Shown here one piece after another: positions 1 to 11,984 of a stretch of 64,000 bases of DNA. Numbering within the stretch: the stretch's first letter is position 1; every line of letters begins with the position of its first letter. This DNA comes from Squalus acanthias (taxonomy: Eukaryota), in NCBI GenBank assembly GCA_030390025.1, contig JASTWF010000033.1, positions 2,916,001-2,980,000 on the forward strand, read 5' to 3'. Both the position numbers and the translations under genes were made by a program. A model generated the notes under the pieces. The model saw nothing but the letters and a program-made list of their open reading frames with translations. It made no database searches and was not told where the DNA came from.

Positions 1-440
1 TGGTGGGGGAGTCCAGAACCAGGGGTCACAATCTAAGGATAAGGGGTAAGCCATTTAGGTTTGAGATGAGGAGGAATTTCTTCACCCAGAGAGTGGTGAA
101 CCTGTGGAATTCTCTACCACAGAAGACAGTTGATACCAATTCATTAAATATATTCAAGAAGGAGTTAGTTATATTTCTTAAGGCTAAGGTGATCAAGGGA
201 TATGGGGAGAAAGCAGGGACAGGGTACTGAATTTGGATGATCAGCCATGATCGCATTGAATGGCGGAGCAGGCTCGAGGGGCCGAATGCCTACTCCTGCT
301 CCTATTTTCTATGTTTCTATCCCAGTGGCAGGAAACGGCTATTGAGGTCGATGATCAGCCATGATTTTATTGAATGGCGGAGCTGGTTCGAGGGGCCGAA
401 TGGGCTACTCCTGCTCCTATTTCTTATGTTCTTATGTTCA
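1..440 (+). mobile_element. CR1 LINE 3' end (end of ORF2 plus two tandem 3'-UTR hairpins)
   Basis: ORF 3..230 ends RRNFFTQRVVNLWNSLP (CR1 ORF2 C-terminus). The motif GATCAGCCATGAT..GAATGGCGGAGC..GGCC..CTCCTGCTCC occurs twice, followed by a TTCTTATG tail. Confidence 0.93.
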
Positions 441-689
441 TATATAAGTTGAAATGCATTGATAATGCTTTGTTTCCCACTGAACTGCAATAACAGAAAC
501 AGATGTTAACTAATTACTGACAAGTAAACTGCAGGACAGCAGTGTTACAGTATTCAAATCCTCTCTATATTGACTTATTCTTACTCTAAGTAGAGTTATT
601 GTAAATACTTTAATTGTTTTGGTGCTGATTAATCACCTTCCCCCAACACCGCACTTAGAATCTGTGGTTCATGAGCACTGAAATTCATT

Positions 690-2213
690 ATGTTACATAG
701 AAGTATCGAAGATAGGAGCAGGAGTAGGCCAATCGGCCTCTCGAGCCTGCGCTGCCATTTAATGAGATCATGGCTGATCATCCAAATTTAGTACCCTGAC
801 CCTGCTTTCTCCCCATATCCCTTGATCCCTTAGCCTTAAGAAATATATCTATCTCCTTCTTGAATATATTTGAAGAATTGGCCTCAATTGCCTTATGTGG
901 TAGAGAATTCCATAGGTTCACCACTCTCTGGGTGAAGAAATTCCTCCTCATCTCAGTTCTAAATGGCTTACCCCTTATGCTTAGACGGTGACCCCTGGTT
1001 CTGGACTCCCCCGCCATCGGGAACATCCTTCCTGCATCTAGACAGTCTAGTCCTGTTAGAATTTTATAAGTTTCAATGAGATCCCCTCTCATTCTTCGAA
1101 ACTCTAGCGAATATAAGCCTAATCGACCCAATTTCTCTTCATACTTCATTCCTGCCATCCCAGGTATCAGTCTGGTAAATCTTCGCTGCACTCGCTCCAT
1201 GGCAAGAACATTCTTCCTCATATAAGGCGACCATAACTGCACACAACACTCAAGGTGTGACTCACCAACTTGTACAACTGCAGCAAGACATCCGTGCTCC
1301 TGTCCTCGAATGCTCTCGCTATGAAAGCCAACATACCATTTGCCTTCTTATCCGCCTGCTGCACCTGCATGCTTACCTTCAGCGACTGGTGCACAAGGAC
1401 TCCCAGATAACGTTGCACTTCCCCTTTTCCCAATCTATTGCCGTTCAGATAATAATCTGTCTTCCTGTTTTTGCAACCAAAGTGGATAACCTCGCATTTA
1501 TCCACGTTAAACAGCATTTGCCATGCATCTGCCTAATCACCCAAACTGTCCAAAACATACTGGAGTTTCTCTGCATCCTCCTCACAGCACACACGCCCTC
1601 CCAGCTTTGTGTCGTCTGCAAACTTAGAGATATTACATCTAGTTCCCTCGTCTAGATCATTAATATATACTGTGAATAGCTGGGGTCCTAGCACCGATCC
1701 CTGTGGTACTCCACTAGTCTCTGCCTGCCACTCGGCAAAAGACCTGTTTATTCCAACTCTTTGCTTCCTGTCTGTCAACCAGTTCTCTATCCAAATCAGT
1801 ACCTTACCCCCAATCGCATGTGCTTTAACTTTGCACGCTAATCTCTTATGCGGGACCTTATCGAAAGCCTTCTGAAAGTCCAAGTAAACCACATCCTGCA
1901 TTTCTCCATTATCTATTCTACCAGTTACATCCTCAAAAAATTCCAGTAGATTAGTCAGGCATGATTTTCCTTTTGTAAATCCATGTTGACTTTGTCCGAT
2001 CCTGTCACTGTTTTCCAAGTGCTCTGCTATTATATCTTTTATAATGGACTCTAGCATTTTGCCCACTACCGATGTCAGTCTTACCGGTCTATAGTTCCCC
2101 GTTTTTTCTCTACCACCTTCTTTAAATAGTGGGGTTACATTAGCTAAACTCCAATCCATGGGAACTGTTGCAGAATCTCTAGAATTTTGAAAGATGAAAG
2201 CAATGCATCTACT
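690..2213 (-). mobile_element. CR1 LINE, 5'-truncated RT region; interrupted, resumes at ~8615-8735
   Basis: Minus-strand ORFs with [25 protein letters not shown]. The 3' hairpin is at ~715-780. Confidence 0.93.
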
Positions 2214-2763
2214 GAGTGCAAGTCAGCAGAGAGTGCTGAGTTTGGGTAAGTGTGAGTAGTTCTTTAATTGTTAGTTCTCTTTAAATCATTCTTGATAAGA
2301 GTACTTAAGCAGTTTAAGTGAAGGGGAAAAGTTAACTATTTCGGATTCTGTTTGTTTAAGAAGTGTAAAACAAGGTTGCACTGCAGTCGGAGTAAATTGG
2401 CACAGCAGGCAGTGGAAACCAGTTTTCTAATCAATCAGCAGTGGTGACTCATTTGGCTGTAAACAAACAAACAGTAGAAAAAGACCAGTGCTAGTGAGAG
2501 CAAGCACTGAGTGCAAGTCAGCAGAGAGTGCTGAGTTTGGGTAAGGGTGTTTTGGGTGAAGGGTGCTCTTTTCAAACTTTAACTCTGGGTTGTAGTTAAT
2601 AAGGCCTTTCTGGTGCAGAGTGACTGTTGGTAAATCATTTAACTGGAGTAATTTAGAGGGATTGATTTAATTTAAATCCAATTAATTAGAGGGGATACTA
2701 GCAGCTATAATCGGGCAGAGAGTTTCCATAACGAAGAATAAAAAAAATAATTAATTACCTATA

Positions 2764-3719
2764 ATGGAGCAGGTGATGTGTTACTGTTGCAAGATGTGGG
2801 AGCCGGTGGACCCCATTGAGGCTCACAGAGATTACATCTGTGACAAGTGTCTGCTGCTACAGGAACTCCAGCTCCGTGTTGATGAGCTGGAGTCTGAGCT
2901 TCAGACACTGCGACACATTAGGGAGGGTGAGAAGTACCTGGACTTTGTGTTTCAGGAGGTGGTCACACCTATGAAGTTAATTAATTCTGATGCAGCCCAT
3001 GGTCAGGGACAGTACGGTGTGACTACGAGTGAGGCAGGTACGGGGATCCAGGAGGTAGTGTTGGAGGAGCCGCAGCCCTTGCTCTTGTCCAACAGGTTCG
3101 AGGTTCTTGCTCCCTGTGGGGACGGGAGCAGGGAATTGCAGGGAGGATGAGCTACCTGGCCACAGCACCGTGGAACGGGGGGCCATTCAAGAGGGGGGAG
3201 TAAATAGAAATGTTGTAGTGGTAGGGGATAGTATTATTAGGGGGATAGATAGAGTTCTCTGCAGCCAAGAGCAAGAATCCCGTAGGCTGTGTTGCCTGCC
3301 CGGTGCCAGGTTTAAGGACATCTCCTCTGGGCTGGAAAGAAACTTGCAGTGGCAGGGGGTGGATCCAGTTGTCGTTGTCCATGTTGGTACAAACGACGTA
3401 GATAGGACAAGGAAGCCGGTTATTTTAAAGGAGTATGAGCAGCTAGGGGTCAAATTAAAAAAACAGAACCTCAAGGGTAATAATCTCTGGATTATTACCT
3501 GAGCCACCAGCGAATTTGGCTAGGACAAATAAAATTAGAGATGTAAATGAGTGGCTCAAAGACTGGTGTGGGAGAAATGGGTTTTGCTTCCTGGGACACT
3601 GGCACCAGTACTGGGGCAGGAGGGAGCTGTTCCGTTGGGATGGGCTTCACTTGGCCAGTGCTGGGACTCGCGTCCTGGCGGATCATATGACTAGGGCTGT
3701 AGAGAGGGCTTTAAACTAA
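2764..3719 (+). pseudogene. CR1 ORF1 (zinc finger/leucine zipper + SGNH esterase), frameshifted
   Basis: CxxC..CxxC, coiled coil, GDSIIR, VHVGTND and DGLH motifs split over three ORFs. Confidence 0.88.
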
Positions 3720-3759
3720 CTAGTGGGGGGGGGAGGTTCCTAGAGAGCAAATAATAAAA

Positions 3760-6710
3760 ATGACAACAGAGAAGGTCATAGACTTAGGTAGCATTGGGAA
3801 AATTAAAAACCAGACTGTGTCAGGAAGGGGCAAAAGGTATGGAGTAAAAGGTAAAGTAATAAAAAGGGCAAAAGCAGGAAGTAAGTGTCACAAAACATAT
3901 TTGAAAGTTCTCTATCTGAATGCACGTAGCATGTGTAACAAAATAGACGAGTTAATGGCACAAATAACTACATATGGGTATGATCTTGTGGCCATTACAG
4001 AAACATGGCTGCAGGGTGACAATGCCTGGGAATGAAACATACCAGGTTATTTAACGATCAGGAAGGACAGGCAGGAAGGAAGGGGAGGTGGGGTGGCTAT
4101 GTTAATAAAGGAAGGAATCACTGTAATACAGAGCAATGATATTGGGTCAAAAGATCAGGATAATGAAACAGTTTGGGTGGAGATAAGGAATAATAAGGGA
4201 AAAACACTAGAGGGCGTAGTCAATAGGCCTCCGAATATTTGCAACTTTGTTGGATGGAGTATCAATCAGGAAATAGTTGAGGCTTGTAATAAGGGAACAT
4301 CTATAATTATGGGGGATTTTAACTATCATATTAATTGGACAAATCAAATTGGGCAGGGCTGCCTTGAGAATGGGTTCATTGAGTGTATTAGGGATGGGTT
4401 TCTTGAGCAGTATGTAACTGAACCGACCAGGTGGCAAGCAACCTTAGATCTGGTCCTGAGTAACGAGACAGGATTAATTAAAAATGTCATATTAAAGGAT
4501 CCCCTTGGAATGAGTGACCATAACATTGTTGAATTCCATATTCAATTAGAGGGTGAGAAGGTCGGTCTCAAACAAGCGTGCTAAGCTTGAATAAAGGAGA
4601 CTATGAAGGTATGCGAGCGGAATTGAGTGGAGTGGATTGGGAAAATAGATTCAAGGGTAAGACGACACATGATCAGTGGTGTACATTTAAGGAGTTATTT
4701 TACAACTTCCAAAAAATATATATTCCACTGAGAAGAAAAGGGTGTAAAAGAAAATACAATCATCCGTGGCAAAGTAAAGAAACTAAGGATAGTATTCGAC
4801 TAAAAACAAGGGCTTATAAGGTAGCCAAATCTCGTGGGAGGGTAGAGGATTGGGAAAACTTTAAAAGACAGCAAAAAATAACAAAAAGATTGATTAAGAA
4901 AGGGAAGATAGATTATGAAAGTAAATTAGCAAAAAATATAAAAACAGATAGTAAGAGTTTTTATATTTATATAAAAAGAAAAAGGGTGGCTAAAGTAAAT
5001 GTTGGTCTCTTAGAGGATGAGACCGGGAAATTAATGCTGGGAAATATGGAGATGGCAAATACACTGAATGAATATTTTGTATCAGTCTTTACAGTAGAGG
5101 ACACTAAGAATATCCCAACACTGGACAAACAGGGGGCTATAGGGGGGGAGGAGCTAAACACGATCAAAATCACTAAGGAAGTGGTACTCGGTAAAATAAT
5201 GGGACTCAAGGCGGATAAATCACCTGGACCTGATGGCTTACATCCTAGAGTCTTGAAGGAAGTGGCGCTAGGGATTGTGGATGCATTGGTAATAATTTTC
5301 CAAAACTCCCTGGACTCAGCAAAGATCCCGGCAGACTGGAAAACTGCTGATGTAACACCCTTATTTAAAAAGGGCAGTAGACAGAAGGCTGGAAACTATA
5401 GACTGGTTAGCCTAACATCTGTGGTAGGTAAAATTTTGGAGTCCATTATTAAGGAGACAGTAACGGGATATTTGGATAATCATAATTTAATAGGACAAAG
5501 TCAGCGTGGTTTTATGAAGGGGAAGTCATGTTTGACAAATTTGCTGGAGTTCTATGAGGAAGTAACACACAGGGAGGATAAAGGGGAACCAGTGGATGTG
5601 GTGTATTTAGACTTCCAGAAGGCATTTGACAAGGTGCCACACAAAAGATTATTGCTGAAGATAAAAAAAAATCACTGGATTGGGGGTAATATTCTGGCAT
5701 GGATAGAGGATTGGCTATCTAACAGAAGGCAGAGAGTTGGGATAAATGGTTCCTTCTCGGACTGGCAACCAGTAGCCAGTGGTGTTCCGCAGGGGTCGGT
5801 GCTGTGTCCCCAACTCTTTACAATCTATATTAACGATTTGGAGGAGGGGACCGAGCGTAACATATCAAAGTTTGCAGATGATACTAAGATGGGAGGGAAA
5901 GTAGTGAGTGAGGAGGACATAAACAATCTGCAAGGGGACATAGACAGGCTAAGTAAGTGGGCAGAGATTTGGCAGATGGAATACAATACTGGAAAGTGTG
6001 AGGTTATGCACTTTGGCAGGAAAAATAGTACAGCAAGTTATTATCTAAATGGCAAGAAACTGGAAAGTACTGAAGTACAAAGGGATCTGGGGGTCCTGGT
6101 GCACGAAACTCAAAAGGTTAGTATGCAGGTGGAGCAAGTGATTAAGAAGGCCAATGGAATGTTGGCTTTCATTGCTAAGGGGATAGAATATATAAATAGG
6201 GAGGTATTGCTTCAGTTGTACAAGGTATTGGTGAGACCGCACCTGGAATACTGCATACAGTTCTGGTGTCCATACTTATGAAAAGACATACTTGCTCTCG
6301 AGTCAGTACAAAGAAGGTTCACTCGGTTAATCCTGGGGATAAGGGGATGGACATATGAGGAGAGGTTGGGTAGATTGGGACTCTACTCATTGGAGTTCAG
6401 AAGAATCAGAGGCGATCTTATTGAAACATATAAGATTGTGAAGGGGTTGGATCGGGTGGATGCGGGGAGGATGTTCCCGATGATGGGTGAAACTCGAACT
6501 AGGTGGCATAGTCTTAGAATGAGGGGCTGCTCTTTCAAAACTGATATGAGAAGGAACTACTTCACTCAGAGGGTGGTAGGTCCATGGAATATGCTGCCCC
6601 TAAAAGCTGTAGAAGCTACATCATTACATAAATTTAAAACAGAAATAGACAGTTTCCTAGAAGTAAAGGGAATTAAGGGTTACAGGGAGCGGGCAGGAAT
6701 TTGGACATGA
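3760..6710 (+). pseudogene. CR1 ORF2 (APE endonuclease + reverse transcriptase), disrupted
   Basis: YLNARS, ITETW, GDFN, SDH (APE) and DFQKAFD, PQGS, FADD (RT). Several stops and frameshifts. Confidence 0.93.
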
Positions 6711-6839
6711 GTCTAGGTTCGGATCGGTCATGGCCCTGTGGGTAGCGTAGCGGGCCCAGGGGCCATGTAGCCTGATCCTGCTTCTATTTCGTGTGTCCAA
6801 TTCTGTTAGGTTCAGGAGATGGTTCTGTGATAGTAGATT

Positions 6840-8507
6840 TGTAAGGGGGCGTGTCTCAGACGGTGCTGGTGCGAGGTTAGGCCTTCGTTGCCTAATACTA
6901 TTGCGTGCTCTGGTCTCCGGCCAGCCTTTTTGCAATAAGCACCTGTGAGTGGTTCGACCCACTCACCCTTACGGTTCTAACACTGGACTTAGGTGCAAGG
7001 ATTTGTAATGCAGATAAAACTCAAATAGACCCTGTTGAATAGTTCGAAATGGAAATCTTTATTGCATGGCGTCTAAAATCATGAAGTGCATGTCATAGGC
7101 ACAAATCAACGAGAGTACAAGTATACATACATTCATAAAGCTTGGTCTATGGAAATGAAAAACACACAGCACATCGTAAAAAGGGGAACATATTATACCT
7201 TAACCTTATTAAAAACCACCCTCCCTTAACAATGCCTACACTACGTCTAGATTTGTAGGATCGGAAAACATGCTCACCACTCGTGTTACTTCGGAGATTT
7301 TTAAAGTGAGGCACTCAGCTCGTTTCGCTGCAGCGCCTGACTGTCACGTGTTTGGAAGGGTCTCTGCACCCCACTTGTTTACTTTCGCTGCTGCGAAAAG
7401 CAGGCCAGACTCTCTGTTGTCATGAAGAACTCGGCAGAACTCGGAACGTTTGTAAAATTCAAAGAAGAGTCTTCCTGTGCTCGATACAGGTTGTCGTCGG
7501 TAGAATTCAAAGAAAAGTTCTTTATTCATATTTTCGGGCGCGGTCGGGGTTTACTAACCGTGGCGGCACGTGGATTCTTCTCGTCTTCTTCTCGTCTCAT
7601 CTCTTCGGGCCTCCGGGTCCAGACATCATTTACCGACACTCGGGATGGTGTACCCTGTTACTTGCCCTTGTCGGGGCGGCTCGTTCCGATTGAGCTCCAC
7701 CCAACATTCGAATAAACGACCAGTACGGCTAAGAGTCAAGAGTCAACAAAGTCCAGAGAAACACAAAGTCCAGCCCTAAGGAAGAGCTTCAGCAAGGGTC
7801 CGCCGAGAGATAAGATCCAGCCGGGAGAATAAGAGTACAGCAGTCAGCAGCGAGATAAGAGACCGATGGACATTTGTTCTCTGTAGTTATAGTGATGTGT
7901 CCCCTTATCTCCCGCTCAAATCTTAATGTTTGTCCTTTGTGTAATATTGGCGCACAAAACTCCCAGCATGGGGTGATTCTTTTCTTTAATGGGTTTCGGT
8001 AGCACCTGAAACTGGCCAACTATCCGTTAATGTCTTCCCCATTGTTGAATCAGCCAGGATGTGTATGAATCGTCTCCCTGACTGGTTTTGGGGCCTCCCC
8101 GAATACTGACTTAATCACCCGTCAATGTCTCTCTCATTGTAGAGCCGTGGGGGTATTTGTGTATTGATGTGTCTGGATGGGCCTTCAATTGCCCAGTACA
8201 ATGGTCCTTACTGTGCATAGGAAAACGATTCCAGCACTTATATCTTTGCTATTGTTCCAAATGCAAACGGGTTGCATCCTGTCTTTATCAGTGTTTACCG
8301 AGTATGATCCAATCTTATACTGAATGTTTATTCTACGCCATCTTGTCTGCCCACTGTATTTCTGGAAGCTTCTGCCACGATGCGCGGCGGCCATTTTACA
8401 GGCTTCTGTGTCCTTTATTATGAGGACAGCATTTCGTTTAATAAAACTGATCAACGAATCTGCTTCTCTATTGTTATTTTGAATCGCGATAATTGCGAAA
8501 CTTTACA
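6840..8507 (-). mobile_element. Solo LTR-like insertion (1668 bp)
   Basis: Termini TGTAA...TTACA, 4-bp TSD GATT (6836-6839 and 8508-8511). Minus-strand AATAAA at 7058-7063 suggests the orientation. Confidence 0.8.
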
Positions 8508-9099
8508 GATTGGCGGTTAGGATCAGATCAGCCATGATCTTATTGAATGGCAGAGCAGGCTCGAGGGGCCAATTGGCCGACTCCTGCTCCTATTTCTTAT
8601 GTTCTTATGTTCTTACTATTTCTACGGCCACTTCCTAAAGTACCCTAGGATGTAGATTATCAGGCCTTGGGGATTTATCGGCCTTCAATCCCGTCAATAT
8701 CCCTACAATTGGTTTCATTCAATTCCTCCCTCTCATTAGACAGGATGAATATTGGGCTGTGGTTATTGATTATTCCACTTCTGTAACTGATTAAGGTTTG
8801 ACGAACCAGTTCTTACCTCTGATTCAGAGTCTCTGCACAGGTAACCTGCAACGATCTCTGGCCTTAGCTCAGTGAGGTGTGTCCCTGCGAGGAGAGACAT
8901 GCATAACTGAAGAACATGTATATCAGGTTTTCATAATACACATATCAGTCCCGAGGGCAGTAAATAATAGCATTAATAAATTGATAATAATGTAATATAT
9001 AGGGCAATGCTTCAATAAATAAAACATTTCAATATCCGCAATGATTAAATGAACAGATCAATGTGATTAATTTGTACTCAAGTTACGGAGAACTCCTTA

Positions 9100-10320
9100 G
9101 AATTTACAGCACAAAACAGGCCATTCGGCCACACTAGGTTATGCCAGTGTTTATGCTCCACAGGAGCCTCCTCCCACCCCTCTTCATCTCACCCGATCAG
9201 CATAACCTTCTACTGCTTTCTACCTCGTGTACTTCTCTCGCTTCCCCTTAAATGCATCTCTGCTATTCGCCTCAAGTACTCCAAGTTGTAGCGAGTTCCA
9301 CATTCTAACCAATCTATGAGTAAAGACATTTCTCCTCAATTCCGTATTGGATTTATTAGTGACTCTCTTGTATCGATAATCTCCAATTTTGCACTCACGT
9401 CACGAGTATAAACATCTACCTTATGTTACCCCTTCAAAATTTAAAGGCCTCTATTAGGCCACCCCTCAGCTTTCTCTTTTGTAAAGAAAGGAGCCCCAGC
9501 CTGTTCAATCTTTCCTGATGCTTATAATGTCTCAGTTCTGGTGTCATCCTTGTAAAAATATTACACTTTCTCCAGAGCCTTAATATCCTTTATGTAATAT
9601 GGAGATCAGAACTGCACACAGTACGCTCAGTGTGGTATAACCAAGGTTCAATATAAGTTTAAGCTAACCTCTTTGCTTTACGATTCTATTCTTCTAGAAA
9701 TGAACCCCAGTGCTTTGTTTCCATGTTTATGGTCATGTTAACATGCGTTGCTACTTTGAATGATTTGTTAATCGGTGCCCCTCTACCCCATTCCCACTCT
9801 GATTTCCAAGGAGTATTTGGGAAACTTATTCTTCCTACCAAAATGCAGTACCTCTCACTTAGCTATACTGACATTAATTTGCCATTTAAACGCCCTTTTT
9901 GCAAGTTTATTAATGTCTGCAGGTATTGTGTTGCATTCTTCCTCTGTATTAACTGTACTTCCAATTTGGATTTATCTGCAAATTTTGAATTTATTCTTCT
10001 GCTTTCCGATTCAATATCGTTTATGTAAATGGTGAACAACAATGATTGCAACGCCGATCCTTGTGGAACATCACTTCTCACCATCCACCTATCTGAGTAA
10101 ATAGCTTTATCCACTACTCCCTATGTTCTGTTCTTGCAGCCATCTTGCTATCCATTCTGCTGCTTGTCTCCTAACTCCACTTGCTCTGTGATTCAGTCTG
10201 CTATGTGGTACCTTATCGAATGGCTTTAAAAAATCAAATATATCTCCTGCATAACCCTTATCTAATCTTTCTGATACTTATTCAAATAATTCACTAAGGT
10301 TACTCAAGCAAGACATTCCA
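9100..10320 (-). mobile_element. Old degraded CR1 fragment
   Basis: Minus [27 protein letters not shown]. Degenerate 3' end near 9100-9200. Confidence 0.8.
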
Positions 10321-10742
10321 AAGTGGGTGCAGGAACAGATGGACCCGGGGGTACATGTACCAAAATCATTGAAGGTGGCAGGGCAGGTTGAGAAAGCGGT
10401 TAAAAATGCTTACTGGAATCTTAGGTTTATAAATAGAGGCATAGATTACAAAAGCAAAGAAGTTATGATAAACATTTATGAAACATTGGTTCGGCCACAA
10501 CTGGAGTATTGTGTCCAATTCTGGGCACCGCATTTTAGGAAAGGGCATGAAGGCTTTAGAGAGGGTGCAGAAAAGATTCACACGAATGTTTCCAGGGATG
10601 AGGGACTTCAGTTATGTAGATATACTCGAGAAGCTGGGGTTGTTCTCAGCAGAACAGAGAAGATTGAGAGGAGATTTGATAGAGGTGATCAAAATCATTA
10701 GGGTTCTAGTCAGAGTAGACAGAGCATATAGATAGAAGCTGT

Positions 10743-11984
10743 AATAACAACAGAAAACGCTGGAAAAACTCAGCAGGCCAGGCAGCATCCGTGGAGAGAG
10801 AAAGAGAGTTAACGTTTCAGGTCGATGACCTTTCGTCAGAACTGTGAAGAGCCGGAAATCAAATAGATTTAAGGCCAGAGTAAAGCTGGGAAAAGGGGGA
10901 GGGGATAAAAGAACAAAGGGGGAGATGAAGAGACATTAAGAGACATTAAGAGATATGCAAAGCTAGAGGTGGTGTTAATGTGACAGATTAAGGCTGAAAG
11001 AAGTGTGAAATCCACTGGCAGAATGAAGGACAGCTGCCAGCTTCTAGGAGGAAAAAAAAGGTGGTGGGTGGCAAATAAAAGGGTGGAAAAAATAAAATAT
11101 AAATGTGATTGGAGCTGAGGTTATGATCTAAAATTGTTGAACTCGATATTGAGTCCAGAGGGCTGTAGCGTGCCTAAACGAAAGATGAGGTGCTGTTCCT
11201 CGAGCTTACGCTGCGCTTCCGTGGAACAGTGTAATAGGCCGAGGACGGTGAGGTCAGAGTGGGAGTGAAGCGGTGAATTAAAGTGACAGGACACCGGGAG
11301 CTCGGGGTCCACCTTACGGACTGAACGGAGGTGTTCCGCAAAGCGGTCACCCAATCTGCGTTTGGTCTCCCCAATGTAGAGGAGACCACATCGTGAGCAG
11401 CGAATACAGTATACTAAATTGCAGGAAGTACAAGTAAATCGCTGTTTCACCTGGAAGGGGTGTTTGGGGCCCTGGACAGTGGGAAGAGGGGAGGTATAAG
11501 GGCATGTGTTGCATCTCCTGCGCGTGCACGGGAAGGTGCCGGGCGAAGGGGAAGGGGTGCTGGGGGTGGTAGAGGAGTGGACTAGGGTGTCGCGGAGGGA
11601 GCGGTCCCTGCGGAATGCTGAAAGGGGAGGTGAGGGGAAGATGTGTTTGGTGGTGGGATCACGCTGGAGGTGGCGGAAATGGCGGAGGATGATCCGTTGA
11701 ATGTGCAGGCTGGTGGGGTGAAAGGTGAGGACAAGGGGAACCCTATCGTGGTTCCGGAAGGGAGGGGCAGGGGTGAGGGCAGAAGTGCGGGAGATAGAAC
11801 GGACACGGTCGAGGGCCGTGTCGATCACGGCAGAGGGGAATCCTCGGTTGAGGAAAAAGGAAGATATGTCGGAAGCACTGGTATGGAAGGTGGCATCATC
11901 AGAGCAGATGCGGCGGAGACGGAGAAACTGGGAGAATGGAATAGAGTCCTTACAGGAGGCGGGGTGGGAGGAAGTGTAGTCCAT
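10743..11984 (-). mobile_element. Penelope-like element, 5'-truncated (RT thumb/linker + GIY-YIG endonuclease + pLTR); left arm of inverted pair
   Basis: Open frame DYTSSHP..SQFLRLRRICS..CxxxxCxxC..NLVYCIRCSRCGLLYIGET..RFAEH..GLN, ending at 11121. Confidence 0.92.
10807..10843 (-). ncRNA. Minimal type I hammerhead ribozyme motif (PLE)
   Basis: Reverse complement reads AGTT-CTGACGA-A-AGGTC-ATC-GACCT-GAAACGTT-AACT. Confidence 0.75.

Larger units (their letters stand above)
2214..8614 (+). mobile_element. Near full-length CR1 LINE (5'UTR, ORF1, ORF2, 3'UTR), with a solo LTR inserted in its 3'UTR
   Basis: ORF1 2764-3719, ORF2 ~3760-6710. Terminal hairpin and (TTCTTATG)n tail at ~8520-8614. Confidence 0.92.

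Noticed and set aside
237..305. CR1 3' structure as an HDV-like ribozyme
   Set aside because: I can see two simple stem-loops but not the nested double pseudoknot. It is explained as the LINE 3' recognition element.
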